Made by a program: the position numbers and the translations under genes | Shown: in pieces, positions 36,407 through 49,400 of the stretch | How positions within the stretch are numbered: position 1 is the first letter of the stretch | Layout: each line of letters begins with the position of its first letter | Source: Marsupella aquatica | Lineage: Eukaryota; Plantae; Marchantiophyta | Direction of reading: 5' to 3' | Assembly: GCA_973895155.1 (NCBI GenBank) | Contig: OZ316897.1 | Location: 18,014,457-18,078,456 of the forward strand | Length of the DNA: 64,000 nucleotides | The notes under the pieces: model-generated | What the model was told of the DNA's origin: nothing | The model's input: the letters and a program-made list of their open reading frames with translations, nothing else | Databases searched by the model: none

Positions 36407-39400
36407 GTGCAGGAAAATAGGAAAAGGATGTCTCAAAGGGTTTCTAGGGGCGATGATGTTACCTTGACAATTGATGGTTACGGCATTGGAAATGGGATAG
36501 TTCAAAAGACAGATCCGCGAGAGAGTGTTCAAAATATTGTGCTGGGAGAGAATCGAATTGGGGTTCTCATTGAGAAGGCCTTTGGTGAGACTAGGAAGCT
36601 CCCTTTTCCAATGCCTAGGGCAGAAAATCTTCATGATGCCATTGACTCATGTGCCATTTGGGATATGTCATGTGCATATCGATCTGCGGATAAGATTACT
36701 CAAAAACGCATCAGTATTGGTAGTTGTTCGACTCGAAAAGATAACAACATCCATAATTTTGCAAATATAGAGGAGGATGCTTCAACCACCCTAAGGCCAG
36801 GCGATGAGGTTGAAATGTTTATCTCTGGCCATTTTGTGGCCTTTGGAGTTGTTTTCAAGACCGATCCAATGGAGAGATGTCATAACATATTACTCGGTGA
36901 GTCTCGGGTTAGTGTAAAAGTCACAGATGTGATTCATGGTAGTAAGACTTTACCTTACGCACATGGTGGAGCTGCAACAATTGGAGAGGCAAAGGGCTCC
37001 TGGGTTCTATGGGATGTGGTTGACGTCCACAATAAAGTATGGAATGTTGATATTGATGGGAGCAACAAATCTTCCTCTAAGAAGCAGAAGGACAAGGCAA
37101 ATTTTGTTTCACAGTCTTGTTCGGCGAACACCACGGACACTAAGTGTGACTATTTTCATCGGGCAAACTGGATGTCAGAGTTGGTTGAACTCTACACTGG
37201 TTTGGATCGAACCAAAATGGTTGCCATTGGAATGATCACTGTCCCTCAAGTGACAGCAGCAGTTGATGATGAAATTCTTGGTGATGACCATGTTGGGATT
37301 GTTGTGAAAGATGTCGTGGCAGCACAATACTTTCCCAACATCCACAAGGGAGTAGTGAGTTTGATTCGATGGCGGATTGATTCAACAAAACTAGTTGCAA
37401 ATGGAAAATTTTTGTCAGACATTTTGGTGGAAGGTTCTGAGAGGATGGACTCAATGGATAAGGATGAACTCAATGCGGATGTAAGTGATAGAGGAGTATT
37501 GTGTTCAAGGCCGTACAATTTCAACAAGAGGAATCAAGTAGATCCGAATGAAAAGAAGAGGAGGTTGTTGGAAACCAAGGCAATTTCAAAAACAACAGAG
37601 GCGTCAATTGATGATGTGAAAAGAGAAAATTGTTGCAAGCAAAAATGTTGTCTCATTATGCCAAGGGAAAACATCAAAGATATTAGGATAGAATTTCATG
37701 GGATGTCAAGCGAGTCAAAAACGTCACATATTTTCAACCTCTTTCACTATAGAGAGGATGATGTTCGTGATAAGGGACACCATGTACTTAAGGGTATGGT
37801 CGTATGCAGACATGCATTTGCAATTATCCACGGTTTTAGCCACACCAAATATTATGATTACAAAAGGAGATATGTGGAGGGTTGCAAAATTGGGTTCCAT
37901 GGCAATACGGGCTTGATGAAAACAAGGGCAAATACCTTGCATGCACGAGCTCTGTTGGAGGCTTTTTTGACTCAAAATGCAGAGCCCATGCCTCATATGC
38001 CTTATGGAGGGGCACATGGGACAGACTCTACTGAGTACCGTCTTCCGGCGTGTTACAAGAAGCTAGAGATTCTGGAAGATGTGAGAACAAAGATGAAGGA
38101 AGAAGGGCTTCCTCCTGTCACAGAGAATACTCTCTACAAGATCTGGAGCAACTCATTTGCAAACTTCAGTTTTCATAAAGATGGTGCATTTGCCAAGTGT
38201 ACTCTTTGTTGTGAATACAAAGACAGTTTGATGCAAGAAAGAAGGAAAAAAGAACGTGCTGAAATTGAAGAAAAGCGAGCGCAACATCTTCGTGAGCAAA
38301 TGTCACGTAGATATGTTTACTACGCTCATCGAGTGATGGCCAAACAACACCCAGGAGAATATCTTTGCATTATTCACGACAACACTAGTAGAAACCGGGG
38401 GGTATTTAGACCCCATTAAACGACTATTCAATACCGTATAGGACTTGGAAACGACTGGGAAGGACTCTAGTCCTTTATAGGACTGCGAGTCGTATGTTTT
38501 GTTACTATAATCAACTGAGTCCTTTATAGAACTGGTTTATAAGTCGTTTAATAGACTGGATTTTCAGTCTATTTTAGTCTTTGTGTGGGTAGCTTTGGTG
38601 AGTCGTTTTCAATCTTTTATGGGCTGCGATGATGAGTCGTTGGGAACGACTAAAAAGGTTATGGAGGGTAGTCTTTAAATATACTTTGTGGGGTATGTAT
38701 AAGTCTTTCATGTCAACTGGATATGAGTGATGAAGACCCCACTATCCTACTTGGAATGAACCCACTCTTGTGCACAAATAACATATTGCATTCATGTTTT
38801 ATTGTGTACTTGGAATGAACTCACTCTATAAGTTCACCATTCATCATGTTAACATTAGAATACATAGTTTCAGAAAGCCATCTTCTATACCATGTACACT
38901 AATATGAATTCACAGATTCAAACTTCATAGACTACAAAGAAGGTCACAAAGTATTCCTCTATACCATACACACTAATACTGAAATGATAAAATAGATTCA
39001 AGTATCATAGACAATCACCATAGAGCCATAGTTTGACATCAATCACTTGTTTCATACATACAGAATTCAGAAATATCAATGTCACACACAACGTCTCCTT
39101 CATCCTCTTTACCAAATGGAAAAATTGGTACAGATATTTCTTGGATCTTTCCAAGGCAATGTCAAAATGTGACACAATTCACATGATTCTATCTATGGTC
39201 TAAATTGCCCCGGTTTCTACTAGTGCAAGATGGATCAAGCAAAGACATGGATTCCAAAAATGGTTAGTACTCCTAAATCTCTTTCGGGTCATGGAATGCC
39301 GCTACCTATTGCTCTCACAGGGATGTTGACCCACGGGAGGGATCCAGGAGTTTATGCACACTTTAGTGTCACTGGCCTTTGGCCAAGAGATGCCGATTTC

Positions 39401-40816
39401 ACAGTGACATCCTTGGCTAAGTGTCTCCGAGACCTTGAAGAGTACAATGGAGACAAGACAGGTGACATGTTGGATGGCCTTCATTGGGAACCTCATAGAC
39501 CTTTCTTTCAAGCCCTACTTGACTTTGAAGCATTTTTTACGGGTTATTTGGAACCAAAGAATATACCGATGAATAGGTATATTGGTTCTGAAGATGGAGC
39601 TGAGAGTCAGACTGAGACCGTCCCAAACCAACAAGATGAGGATGAAGGAGAAGACATGCAAGGAGAGCAAGGCAGTCCATCGTTCAAGCCCTTGCCAAGG
39701 CACCTAACATTGCAGATGGATAATTCAACAAAGGACAACAAAAACCAGACTGTCATGGCATTTTGTAGCGAGCTTGTGAGTAGAGGAGTATTTGAAACTG
39801 TCCAAATGTCTTTTCTAATGGTTGGTCATACGCACGAAGATGTTGATGCACTCTTTTCAAAGGTATCATATCAAGTTCAGCACAAAGAAGTTGCAACCCT
39901 CCTTGCTCTTATGGCAGAGGTATGGGAATGCGAGAGCATTCATCCAGTTCCCAGATTGATACAAGAAGTTGCATCTTACAAAGAATATCTTCAAACTTTC
40001 AAGGTGAAAGATATTCAAGGTCACTCAAAACCTGTATCATTTCTTTTCTCTATGAGAGATAATGTACCAATATTTCAGTATAAGTCCCATGTAAAGCAAG
40101 CTTGGGCTCCAGTTGGTGGAAGGTGCATTTGGGCAACAGATTTGACAACAAATTCTCTTCTTTTACCTAGTGGAGAGCCCTTAGCTAAATCCATTGGAGA
40201 GATACACAAAAAATCTGAAGAGATTATCCCATTTCTTAACAAGTACCTTGATTTTTTGAGAAGGAGTTGCACTGATGAGACATCTATAGCATATAAGGAA
40301 AGATTTTCTCTTGTGAAATATTGGGAGAGAATTGTGGAGTTGTTGACAAATGGGCTCGCACTAGAAGGGGAGGGAAGTACTCAATTTCCCTTGAAAAACA
40401 GATTTTGGCCTAAGACTAACCACGGCACTGGTTACAAGGTCAACCAACGGGAACAAAGTGGTCCTCCAAGTGAAGATGAGGAGAATGCAGAGATAACGGC
40501 TCTTCAAAATGAGGTCTTGGAAGAGATGGAAGATCAAGCAACACCATTTGTTGGATCTCGAGCTGAGAGAGAACAAGGACGATGGATTCCTTTACAGGAT
40601 ATTTGTGAAGGAAACTTTGTATTTCTTCGACCCGAGGATGATTGGGAACGAGATCCAGGGTTTGGTGAGAATACTCAACATTGGCAGTATGCAAATTCTG
40701 CAATGTATGGTTTTAAATCTAGAATGAAAGAAGAAAACATGGCGGGCAGAGGTTTGAAGATCCCTCAAAATGTTCTACAAACTGTCCAAAATTATCTTCA
40801 AAGGATGGACAAGTAG
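36407..40816 (+). pseudogene. Sola1-like DDD (RNase H-fold) transposase with three N-terminal DUF8039-like repeats, split by a CACTA MITE
   Basis: CCKQKC...VCRHAF..IHG; FAKCTLCCEYK; rejoined YLCIIHDKMDQAK (first Asp); LQMDNSTKDNKN (second Asp); FLMVGHTHEDVDALFS (third Asp). Confidence 0.8.
38383..39225. mobile_element. 843-bp non-autonomous CACTA element
   Basis: TIR CACTAGTAGAAACCGGGG...CCCCGGTTTCTACTAGTG; 3-bp TSD CAA; removal restores the IHDKMDQ frame. Confidence 0.95.
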
Positions 40817-41072
40817 ACTTAGTTGTTAGAAGCTATAATAATTAAATAGATAGTTACTAGTTTTTATGTAACTAAGATAGTCACTCATTCAAACATAGTA
40901 ATTTACGTACTAGTTATTTACTATTCTTACTAATAGTTTTAATTTGATACTATCTCCTCATTTTCTAAACTTTGGATCATTATGAATATGAATGTTTGCT
41001 TTTTCTATATAATTAAAAATAATTTTCTATTCATTCCTTTCTTTTAAATGATTATAAGAAGAGTTGGTAGGC

Positions 41073-41352
41073 AAATGTACACTTTTTAGGCCAAATGTAC
41101 ACTTTGTTGCACTAAAAGTTACACTTTCTAGATCAAATGCACTTAAATGTACACTTTTTAAGCCAAATGTATGCATTTTTCACTCAAATGTACACTTTCT
41201 AGGCCAAATGTACTCAAATGTACACTTTTAAAGCCAAATGTACCTATTTTGATGTTCAAATTTACACTTTTCATTGCCCAAATGTACACTCTTTGGGCCA
41301 ATTGTACACTTTTCCAAGCCCAAAAGTACATTTTTCATTGCCCAAATGTACA
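41073..41352 (+). repeat. AAATGTACACTTT subterminal repeat cluster (also at 26358-26425)
   Basis: About 12 near-palindromic copies spaced ~20 bp apart, inside the right TIR of the 15-kb element. Confidence 0.8.
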
Positions 41353-41423
41353 TAAATCAAATAATAATACACTTTTAATGAATAGGCTGATTGAGTCTCA
41401 TTGGATTTTATGTTGGGTTGCAG

Positions 41424-44115
41424 GATGAATCACATGCCGCAGTTGGATGAGGCGGTGCTTGCTTCTTTGCAAGAAATGCTCCATATCCACAACCCTTATG
41501 TGCAGATGTTCAAAAATGCCGGGAGCCGCATTCATGACGCTGAGGTGCCAGAGGTTTTGCTGCGTATTGTAGCTGAATGTGACATTGACCCAAGACGTTA
41601 CAATAAACCCACGGCGGATGAGATTGGTGTGATCATGGTTGGGGATGAGGATATTGAAACATGTGGTCGAGATATTATCCTAAGGACAAGGGATGGGGGC
41701 CTACGTAGGATTTCAGAGTGGCATAGGTCCTATGCTCCTCTCCACTGTCTTACTCTTTCCGCATGGCCAAGACAGGTGGTCGATCTTATGACATCCCATT
41801 GGTGGGCCATGAATTTCAAGATGGGGTCATTGTGGCAGTTGAACCCCAAGCAAGGGGTGGACGTAATGGCTCCAAAAAGGTTACACAACTACAATACTAT
41901 GCATACTTACTACATGCAAGGCGAGGTGATGATTGGTTGCTTCGTGGAGGGCGATTGCTAAAGCAATATATTGTGGACGCATATGCATGCATAGATCAAA
42001 CGCGACTGACCTATATTCGCAACAATCAAAAAAAGTTGCGCACGGAACTATATCAAGGGCTTCAAGATGCAGTTCAAGATGGAGATGCACGTGCAGGTGA
42101 TGTGGGTAGGACCTACATTTTGCCGTCCTCATATGGGGGTAGTGCCCGCAATATGATGCAGGCATACCAAGATGCCATGGCCGTTGTACGCACGTATGGT
42201 CCCCCTGACCTTTTTACCACATTTACATGCAATCCTGAATGGCCAGAAGTCAGAGCGAAGTGCTACCCCTATCAGACCCCGGCCGATCGAGATGACATTG
42301 TTGCTCGAGTGTTCAAACTCAAGTTGAAGGCACTTTTGGCGGACATTCGTGCAGGGGTCTTAGGTAGACCTGTTGCCTCTATGTATGTCATCGAGTTTCA
42401 AAAGAGGGGTTTGCCGCATGCCCACATTTTGATCATATTGGTTGAACGCCATAAACTACGCATGTTGGAGTTGGTGGACCAATTAGTTTCTACAGAGATA
42501 CCAGACGTGAGGGTGTATCCGCAATTATTTCAGACTATCACAAAATGCATGATGCATGGACCGTGTGGTCGGGGGTACCCCAACTCGCCTTGCATGGTTG
42601 ACGGACAGTGTAGCAAGGGCTACCCTCGACCATTTTCAATTGAAACAGTTTTTGGGGATGATGGGTATCCCATGTATCGGCGTCGAGATGATGGGCGCAA
42701 TTTCACAAAGGACAGAAGCGGGTTTAAGTTTGATAATAGGTGGGTTGTTCCTCATAGTCCGTATTTGAGCATGAAATACAATGCTCATATTAACGTGGAG
42801 ATATGTTGCTCTATCAAAGCCATTAAGTACTTATATAAGTACTGCTACAAAGGGCATGATAAAGCAACAGTGGAGGTAGAGCAGCGTGATGAAATAAAAG
42901 AGCATTTAGATGCTAGGTATGTGTCTGCTGCAAAAGGAGTATGGCGGATTAATCAGTTTGAAATGTCGGAGAGTAGTACTTCGGTGCAACGGCTGCAGGT
43001 GCATTGCGAGGGGGAACAATCAATTATGTTTCATGAAGATTCTGAGATCATTGATGTGGTCCAACAAGAATCTCATAGGGATACAACTCTAACTGGGTGG
43101 TTCAAAGCAAATGCTTTGCACGAACACGCGAGGCAGATTCTGTATACAAACTTCCCTCATGACTTTGTATGGAATCCGACAATACGTGCATGGACTCCTC
43201 GAAGAAGGGGGTTTAGCATTGGAAGGATGTATTTTGTGCCACCTGCTGCGGGGGAACGATACTACTCGCGAGCACTTCTACTTCATGTCAAAGGTGCAAC
43301 ATCATTCGTTGACCTTAGGACTTTTGAGGGCATTGTATACCCAACTTTTCAGGCAACGGCTCTTGCTTGGGGTTTGTACGAGAACGATGAAGAATGGGAT
43401 AGATGTCTTCAAGAAGCGGCCGGTATGCAGACGGGGGCACAACTTTGACAACTATTCATCACAATCATGTTATTTGGAGGTGTTGCTAGACCGTGTGACC
43501 TATGGACCCAACATGCATCAAATTTTAGCGATGATTGTTGTTATCATCTACGTTCAATGGGTTTTTTGGATCCCATTGAGGAGCAACAACAAAGCTTTGC
43601 CCTATATTTGATCGATGAGGCTTTGAAAAGTATTGGTAAAACATTGTTGGGGTTTGGTCTTCCGGTTCCAAGTATGCAATTTTTTGAAGAACCGGAAAAT
43701 AGGAATCGCTTGATATGGGAGGAGACATGCTACCCGATTGATGTACTTCTTCAACAACTTGCTGAACAAGAGCCGTTGTTAAATGATGGCCAAAGGGCAG
43801 CCTACACTGCAATACTTGCAGCAGTGAGGGCTCGAGATGGAGGAACATTTTTTGTTGATGGGCCAGAGGGGACAGGCAAAACATTTATAGTGGAGAATAT
43901 TCTATTGAGGAGAGTGCGTGCTGATGGGGATGTGGCATTGGCTGTGGCTTCCTCGGGTATTGTAGGTCTTTTGTTAGATGGAGGGCGCACTGCCCACTCA
44001 CGATTCAAGCTTCCGTTGAAACCGATCTCAACATCAACGTGTGCTGTTCAAAAACAATCTGACCTTGGTGGACTGTTACGGAGGGCAACTTTTATCTTAT
44101 GGGATGAAGCACCCA
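41424..44115 (+). pseudogene. Helitron RepHel piece 3: HUH Rep domain and start of the PIF1-type helicase
   Basis: RRYNKPTADEI; ILPSSYGGSAR; PDLFTTFTCNPEW; VIEFQKRGLPHAHIL; IKYLYKYCYKGHD; FFVDGPEGTGKTF; GGRTAHSRFKLP; LWDEAPM. Frameshift ~41750, stop at 43446, truncated by an insertion at 44116. Confidence 0.93.
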
Positions 44116-45524
44116 TGTGACGCCGGTGACATGGTCCTTATTCAATAATACAATGGAATTGGTATGCTGTGCACAGTAAGTAACTATGAGGCTGTAGAAC
44201 GATCAGCGAGATGGCAAGAATAAGGGCAATCATGGCGTTGAGAGCAGGACTAGGGCAGTTTAGCTTGAAGAGCGCACAGCCAAGATAGACATAATGGCCA
44301 TAGTCATTGTCAGGACCACAAATAAGCAGCTAGAGGACAAGAGGATTCACCTCCTCTACCATACTACCGTGCTAACGGGCACAATGGAGCATGGAGGCTC
44401 TCCAAGACGTAGGGGCAAGGGGAAGCAAGTCTCCACAATTGAGAAAATGGTTGTGTGGTATGGTGATTGTTATCATGATGAAATCATGATGAAATCTGAA
44501 TGTCTTGGGTGTGTATCTTCATTTTGTTACTTAGGTTAGTGATTCATAGTCTAGTTTTAGTGTGATAGGGAAATAAAAAGCTATGTTGCGGGTGGTCGGT
44601 GACCGTATCTCTTTCAATGTGTCGCTAAATCCGGATCTGTAAAAAAGCATTGGAAAGATCTGGTCAAGGCGAGTAAAATCGATATAAAACACTTGGGAAA
44701 CGAAGGTGTATTAAGAAAGATACGACCTGATTAGTGTGTCGGGTTAACTTGTGGCCGGAATTAACGGGTTTGGCTTTGGTTTCGGGTTAACCTAAGCTTG
44801 GCCACGGCTTAGCTTAGATCAGCCCGGCTTCAGCTTAGGCTTAGCCCAAGTTTGGGTTAGCCTGACCTCGGGCCCGGGTTAGCATAGGTCAGCTCGGGTT
44901 CGGGCTCAGACTAGCGGCTAGCAGATAGCAGACTAGCGGCTAGCAGATTAACGGACTAGCGGCTAGCAGACTAGCGGACTAGCATACTAGCAGACTAGCG
45001 GACTAGCAGACTAGCGGGTAGCAGATTAGCCAGAGGCCACGGGTTAGCTCTACTCGGGCTAGATAGGATAGCTTGGTTAGCCAAACTCGGGTTAGCTATG
45101 TAACTCGGGTTAGCGCAACAGTGTGTACCCCCTCTTGGTTGCGGGGGCATAACTTTCTCTGTATTTGCCCAAATCGGCTATAATTGACCTCGTTGGAAAG
45201 AGGAGCTCAAGCCGCTTCCAATGCTGCTATCAAATGGTTGAATAGAGAAATCGGGAGAGGAGGCGCAAGCTCACAAAAATTGTGGAGGAGGGCCAAATCC
45301 GAAATACATAGTCAGTTTGAGATAAAAATAAAGTTGCGAGTTAGGGTTTAGTAGTTAGATATAGTGGCGGCTCTGTTAGGTCTAGGATGGGGCACCAACA
45401 ACGTAGCATCCACCCATTTGGGCTTAGTGTGAGAGTATATAGGGCAGCCCCTCGGTAGAGGCAGGGGGGACTTCAGTTGTGTGATCTCACGTTGTCCGGG
45501 TGACCGTGTTTTCTGGCAAGAGCA
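44116..45524. mobile_element. Probable LTR of a retrotransposon inserted in the Helitron helicase; right boundary uncertain
   Basis: Helicase homology stops abruptly at TGTGACGCC (TG start); non-coding with short tandem repeats and a TATA-like TATATA at ~45436. Partner LTR not in the window. Confidence 0.5.
44900..45030. repeat. Short tandem repeat (CAGACTAGCGGCTAG)n
   Basis: Directly visible 7-8 bp subunits gactagc/ggctagc. Confidence 0.85.
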
Positions 45525-46458
45525 TGTTGACTCTTTTGAAGTTAACCTTGCATGCTTATAAGTTCTACACTAAAATCAAAATGATAATTCTAGTAACAAG
45601 GGTAGTGGGTATTAAGAAAGGTTCAGGTGAAACTAAAATACTGTTAAACTCTATTTCACCATACTTGCGGACCAACACATCACGAAAATTAGTTTTCTTA
45701 CGACATATGATCCTAATATCTCCAAGAGAAAATGAAACAGGAATATCATTCGGACTCCTATTCAGATTCATGACTTCAATAAAGGACAAAGATGATGCAC
45801 TCTCACTCCTCTCGGTACGACACCACTGGGTATATTATTGGCTCGTTAGAAACCATAACAGCAGTTGCAAACTGAGCTCCAAAATGATAGGTTAGATGTT
45901 GCCTCATAGATGGTTTGTCTAAAAGATGGACTCTAATCAAAAACGGATTACGAAGGGGAAGATCAGGGATAACTCTCTCTCCTGGATTCATGATGGCTCA
46001 TCTATTCCTTTGCTATCCGGGCCAAAGGACGCCCCACCCCTATATTCCCAAAGAAACCTTATTCCCTAAGGTCCCATCTATAAATCTACCACTCATTCCT
46101 TTGCTATCCGGGCCAAAGGACGCCCCACTACTATGTTCAAGGCACAAAAGAGCTTCACAACCTTGAATGATAAACACTGCGGAATGAGGGGAGAGTGCCC
46201 CTCACCACTTTATTTATAGTGCACACCAAGAGGGCATGGATCAAGCCCAAGCACTTGGATGAAGGCCAAGTGTCAAACATCTAATACCTAAGAGTGTGCT
46301 AGTACTATTCATAGTTGGTGAAACTACTTTTAGTAGATGGAACTGTGATGCCTAGACAGGAATCACTCGGCCGGTTAAGTGGGTAAAGCAGGAAGGCACC
46401 CTAGGAACACCTTAGTATAGGGACAAAACAAGGAAAATATAAACAATTAGGGGCAACC

Positions 46459-49400
46459 ATGGAACCCGGGCCGAGGCCGGAGGTAAGGCTGAGGGTGAAA
46501 ACCCGATTAGGGTTAGGGCGCGTTAAGCGTCGGCGGCTAGGAAGGATCAACGGGAAGAAGGACCGACAGAGGAGAGGGGTAAGGAGCGCTTGCAAGAGAT
46601 GGTGGCTCATTTGCGAGCACGAACTAGGCAGACGACTACGGGAGGCCAACTACTGTCAACTGCTTAGGCAAGCACTCGGGGAGAGAGTAGATACCGATGA
46701 TCGACCTAAGGAGGGTATGAGCAACGTCAATCAAGCGGCACATTTCTGGGGATGCCTGTTCGAACGGGCAACTGAGTACATCAAGACTTACGAGGACGAG
46801 GAATCAGAAAGGGCAGCTCGAGAACGGCAGAAGCTCGCTCGATTGTGGGAGCTGCAGAAGACGGCTTTCTTAGGAGGCAAACTCATCAAGGACGAGTTCC
46901 TGTGGATGCCTACTTCCAATCAACTCGACGATCTTTTGTTTTGCAAAGACAGCGTCGTCGGCATCCGAGAGGCCATCAAGAACTGCAACGACATACACTG
47001 GGAATTAAAGGGTAGCACGGAAAGGTGGACCCAAGCAACGGTGCTAGGAGAAACCTCCACGGCAGCAGAGATGAAGAGGAAGGGAGCCGTCAACGATGAA
47101 GCCACCCCGGCAAAAAGAACGAGGTCGGCGGCACCAAAGAAGCCAGCCGAGCAGCAGAGCAGGAGGCAGGGAGAAGCCGAAGAGGAGGAGGTCGATCCCA
47201 TCAAGGCCATTCCAACCAGGGATGACACCTGGAAGGGCTGGGCGGCAACCCTACCGGTGGAGGTGCAACTACATTTTGCACGGGAGGAGGATGCATGCTT
47301 TACGGCCATGCAGACCAAGAAGTACCAAGGCTTCATGGCCGGATCCGGCTTGGAGGCCTTTGTAAGATTACCATGGCTGAAGCCGGAGGTACCGGAGTCA
47401 GACCTATTAGAATTCGTGGGGTCATGGGAACCCGAGACCAATTGCACGAGGATATATGGGAAGGATTTCTATCTTACTCCCAAGGTAATTGCCGAAGTGT
47501 TTGGCCTGCCGATAGGCAATAAGACCAAAGTTGATACCAGGAAGACCTTGCCTGACAAGGAGTTCCGGTCGTTCCCCGGGCCATCAACAAAGAATGGCTT
47601 CTTCCGGAACACCTGCACCAACCCGCACATAGGAGAGATGATCGACTTCTTGCGGGTGACCATGCATTGTAACTTGCCGAGGGCAGAGATCGGCAAGGCA
47701 CAGGTCTATCTGGCAGAAAGGCCAGACCCAAGCCGGGACTACAACGGGTACCTCCTCAACCAATTGAAGAAGATCTTAAAGGAGGAGCAGCAGGTAATCG
47801 GCATGGGGAGCGTGTCGCGGCTGGGCTATCACATGCCGCTATTGTGCCGGTATGCCAGAGGTCAGACTTTTGCCCCGGTACTTCCCCTGCAGGTAAGGGC
47901 ACCCGAGGAAGCTCCAACGCCGAGGCCGTTGGCTGAGAAGCCTCAACCACCTGTTAGTCCTACGATCGAGCAGGTGTTTAGGCCCAGGAAGGAGGACTTG
48001 CCGATGCAGCAACCAGGCATGCAGAGTCTGCTGAAACTACTGGAGAAAGAAAAGAAATCGGCATCGGCAACAACAACGGCAACGGCAACAATGCAGGACA
48101 CTACTACAGAGGTAGGCCTACACCGGCTCACAAGAGAAAACCCCTTTGCTGGAGACAAGGAGAGAATCAGGCCAGAATCCAAGCCAGGTGTTCGAATGTA
48201 CGTGGGAACCTCAAGCTCCGAATCTGAGGCAGAATTGCCTGAAGCTCCTACCGACGAAGAGGAGAGGGAGAAGCCGGACGTCCAAGAGGTAGAGGAGGCA
48301 GTGGAGGACTGCAGCCATGATAATTCCGGCTATGGGTCGGACCATCACGTTCCAGGAGTAAGGACCTGTGGCCGGTTTGTCCCCACACTTCCAAGGGTAG
48401 TGCGAGGGGACCCCAACCAGCAGAGTAGCCCTGAGTCTCCCCCACCAGATGTTGCTCCCCCGAGCTTCGACGGCATAAAACAGACGGTGCAGGAATTTCA
48501 GGAGTGAATCAAGCAGGAGGAGGAGGCCGCCCTGGCTAAGGAAAAGGATTTACCAGGAGGAGATTGGCCGGAGGACATCAGGCGGCTAGCCAAAAAAGGA
48601 AGCAAACCTCTAGCCACGATTGAAGAGATCCGCAGGACGGCTTGGGAGCAGAGGCCGCGATGGGCGATGCCGATCACTTCTACTTACTCCACCTACGCTA
48701 AGAATAGAGCCATGGAGTATGGTGAGATGTGTGGGGAACTTGCGCTCGGCATCTTTGGAGAGGAGTTGGAGGTAGGACCCTTTTTCCATAGGGAGCAGTT
48801 GGAGAAGCACCAATTAGAAGAAGCGGTGGCTTTAGAGAGAAGCAAGAAGGACGAGGTCATTCGGCGGCTTAGGAGGATGGAAGCCGAGATTGAAGATCTA
48901 AGGGCGGCCAAGAAAGCCCAAGATGAACTGCGGATTAAACGACATGAGCTGAACATCATGCAGGGGCAGTTGGACACCGCGCAGGCTGATAATCAGAATA
49001 TCAAGGATAAACTGACTCAGACGCAGGAAGAGTTGGCCGACACGATCAAAGAGAGGGAGAAGTGGAAGCAAGAGCTGAAGAATACAGAGGAGGCCCACAT
49101 AACAGCCAACAGCCGGGCCATGGCGGAGACCCAAAGAAAGGAATGGGCGTTGAAAGGGGAGCTCGAGAAAATCCGTGGAGCCCTTGAGCAGAAGGAGGCT
49201 GAGTTAGGGAAATCCTATCAAGGGATTATGGCGCTGCAGCAGGAGCTTGCGTCCCTGACGGCCAGCTTCAAGGCCGACCTAAGGGAGAAGGACGAGATGC
49301 TCGAACAGACTTACGCCAAGATGAACCAGATGGAGTCTGTCATCATTGCAGAGCTCGACAAGGAGCTAAAAGCAACCCAGGAGGAGAGGACTACCTTGAA

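Larger units (their letters stand above)
26307..41391. mobile_element. 15.1-kb TIR DNA transposon (Sola1-like) with cargo, inserted in a Helitron intron
   Basis: Perfect 26-bp TIR ATCAGCCTATTCATTAAAAGTGTATT at 26307-26332 with its reverse complement ending at 41391; 4-bp TSD TGAG on both sides; AAATGTACACT repeats inside both ends; DDD transposase inside. Confidence 0.75.
4556..44115 (+). mobile_element. Helitron (rolling-circle transposon), host of several nested insertions; 3' end not in view
   Basis: 5' end A|TCTACCTACTATAATATAC at 4556 fits the Helitron 5'-TC start after an A. Rep/helicase coding pieces at 6559-7364, 25670-26230 and 41424-44115 rejoin in frame once the inserts are removed. 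Confidence 0.8.

Noticed and set aside
33817-36467. ORFs made of DSDHPNPNL / LDWDGPSPS repeats as real proteins
   Set aside because: They are translations of the 27-bp arrays, open in several frames on both strands and located in predicted introns.
26416-41071. Alternative inner element bounded by TAGG|CCAA...TTGG|TAGG
   Set aside because: Only ~4 bp of inverted match, and TAGG is part of the local repeat unit; the outer 26-bp TIR with TGAG TSD is better supported, though this alternative is not fully excluded.
46000-46130. Duplicated hairpin as a hammerhead ribozyme (retrozyme)
   Set aside because: No CUGAnGA...GAAA catalytic core seen on either strand.
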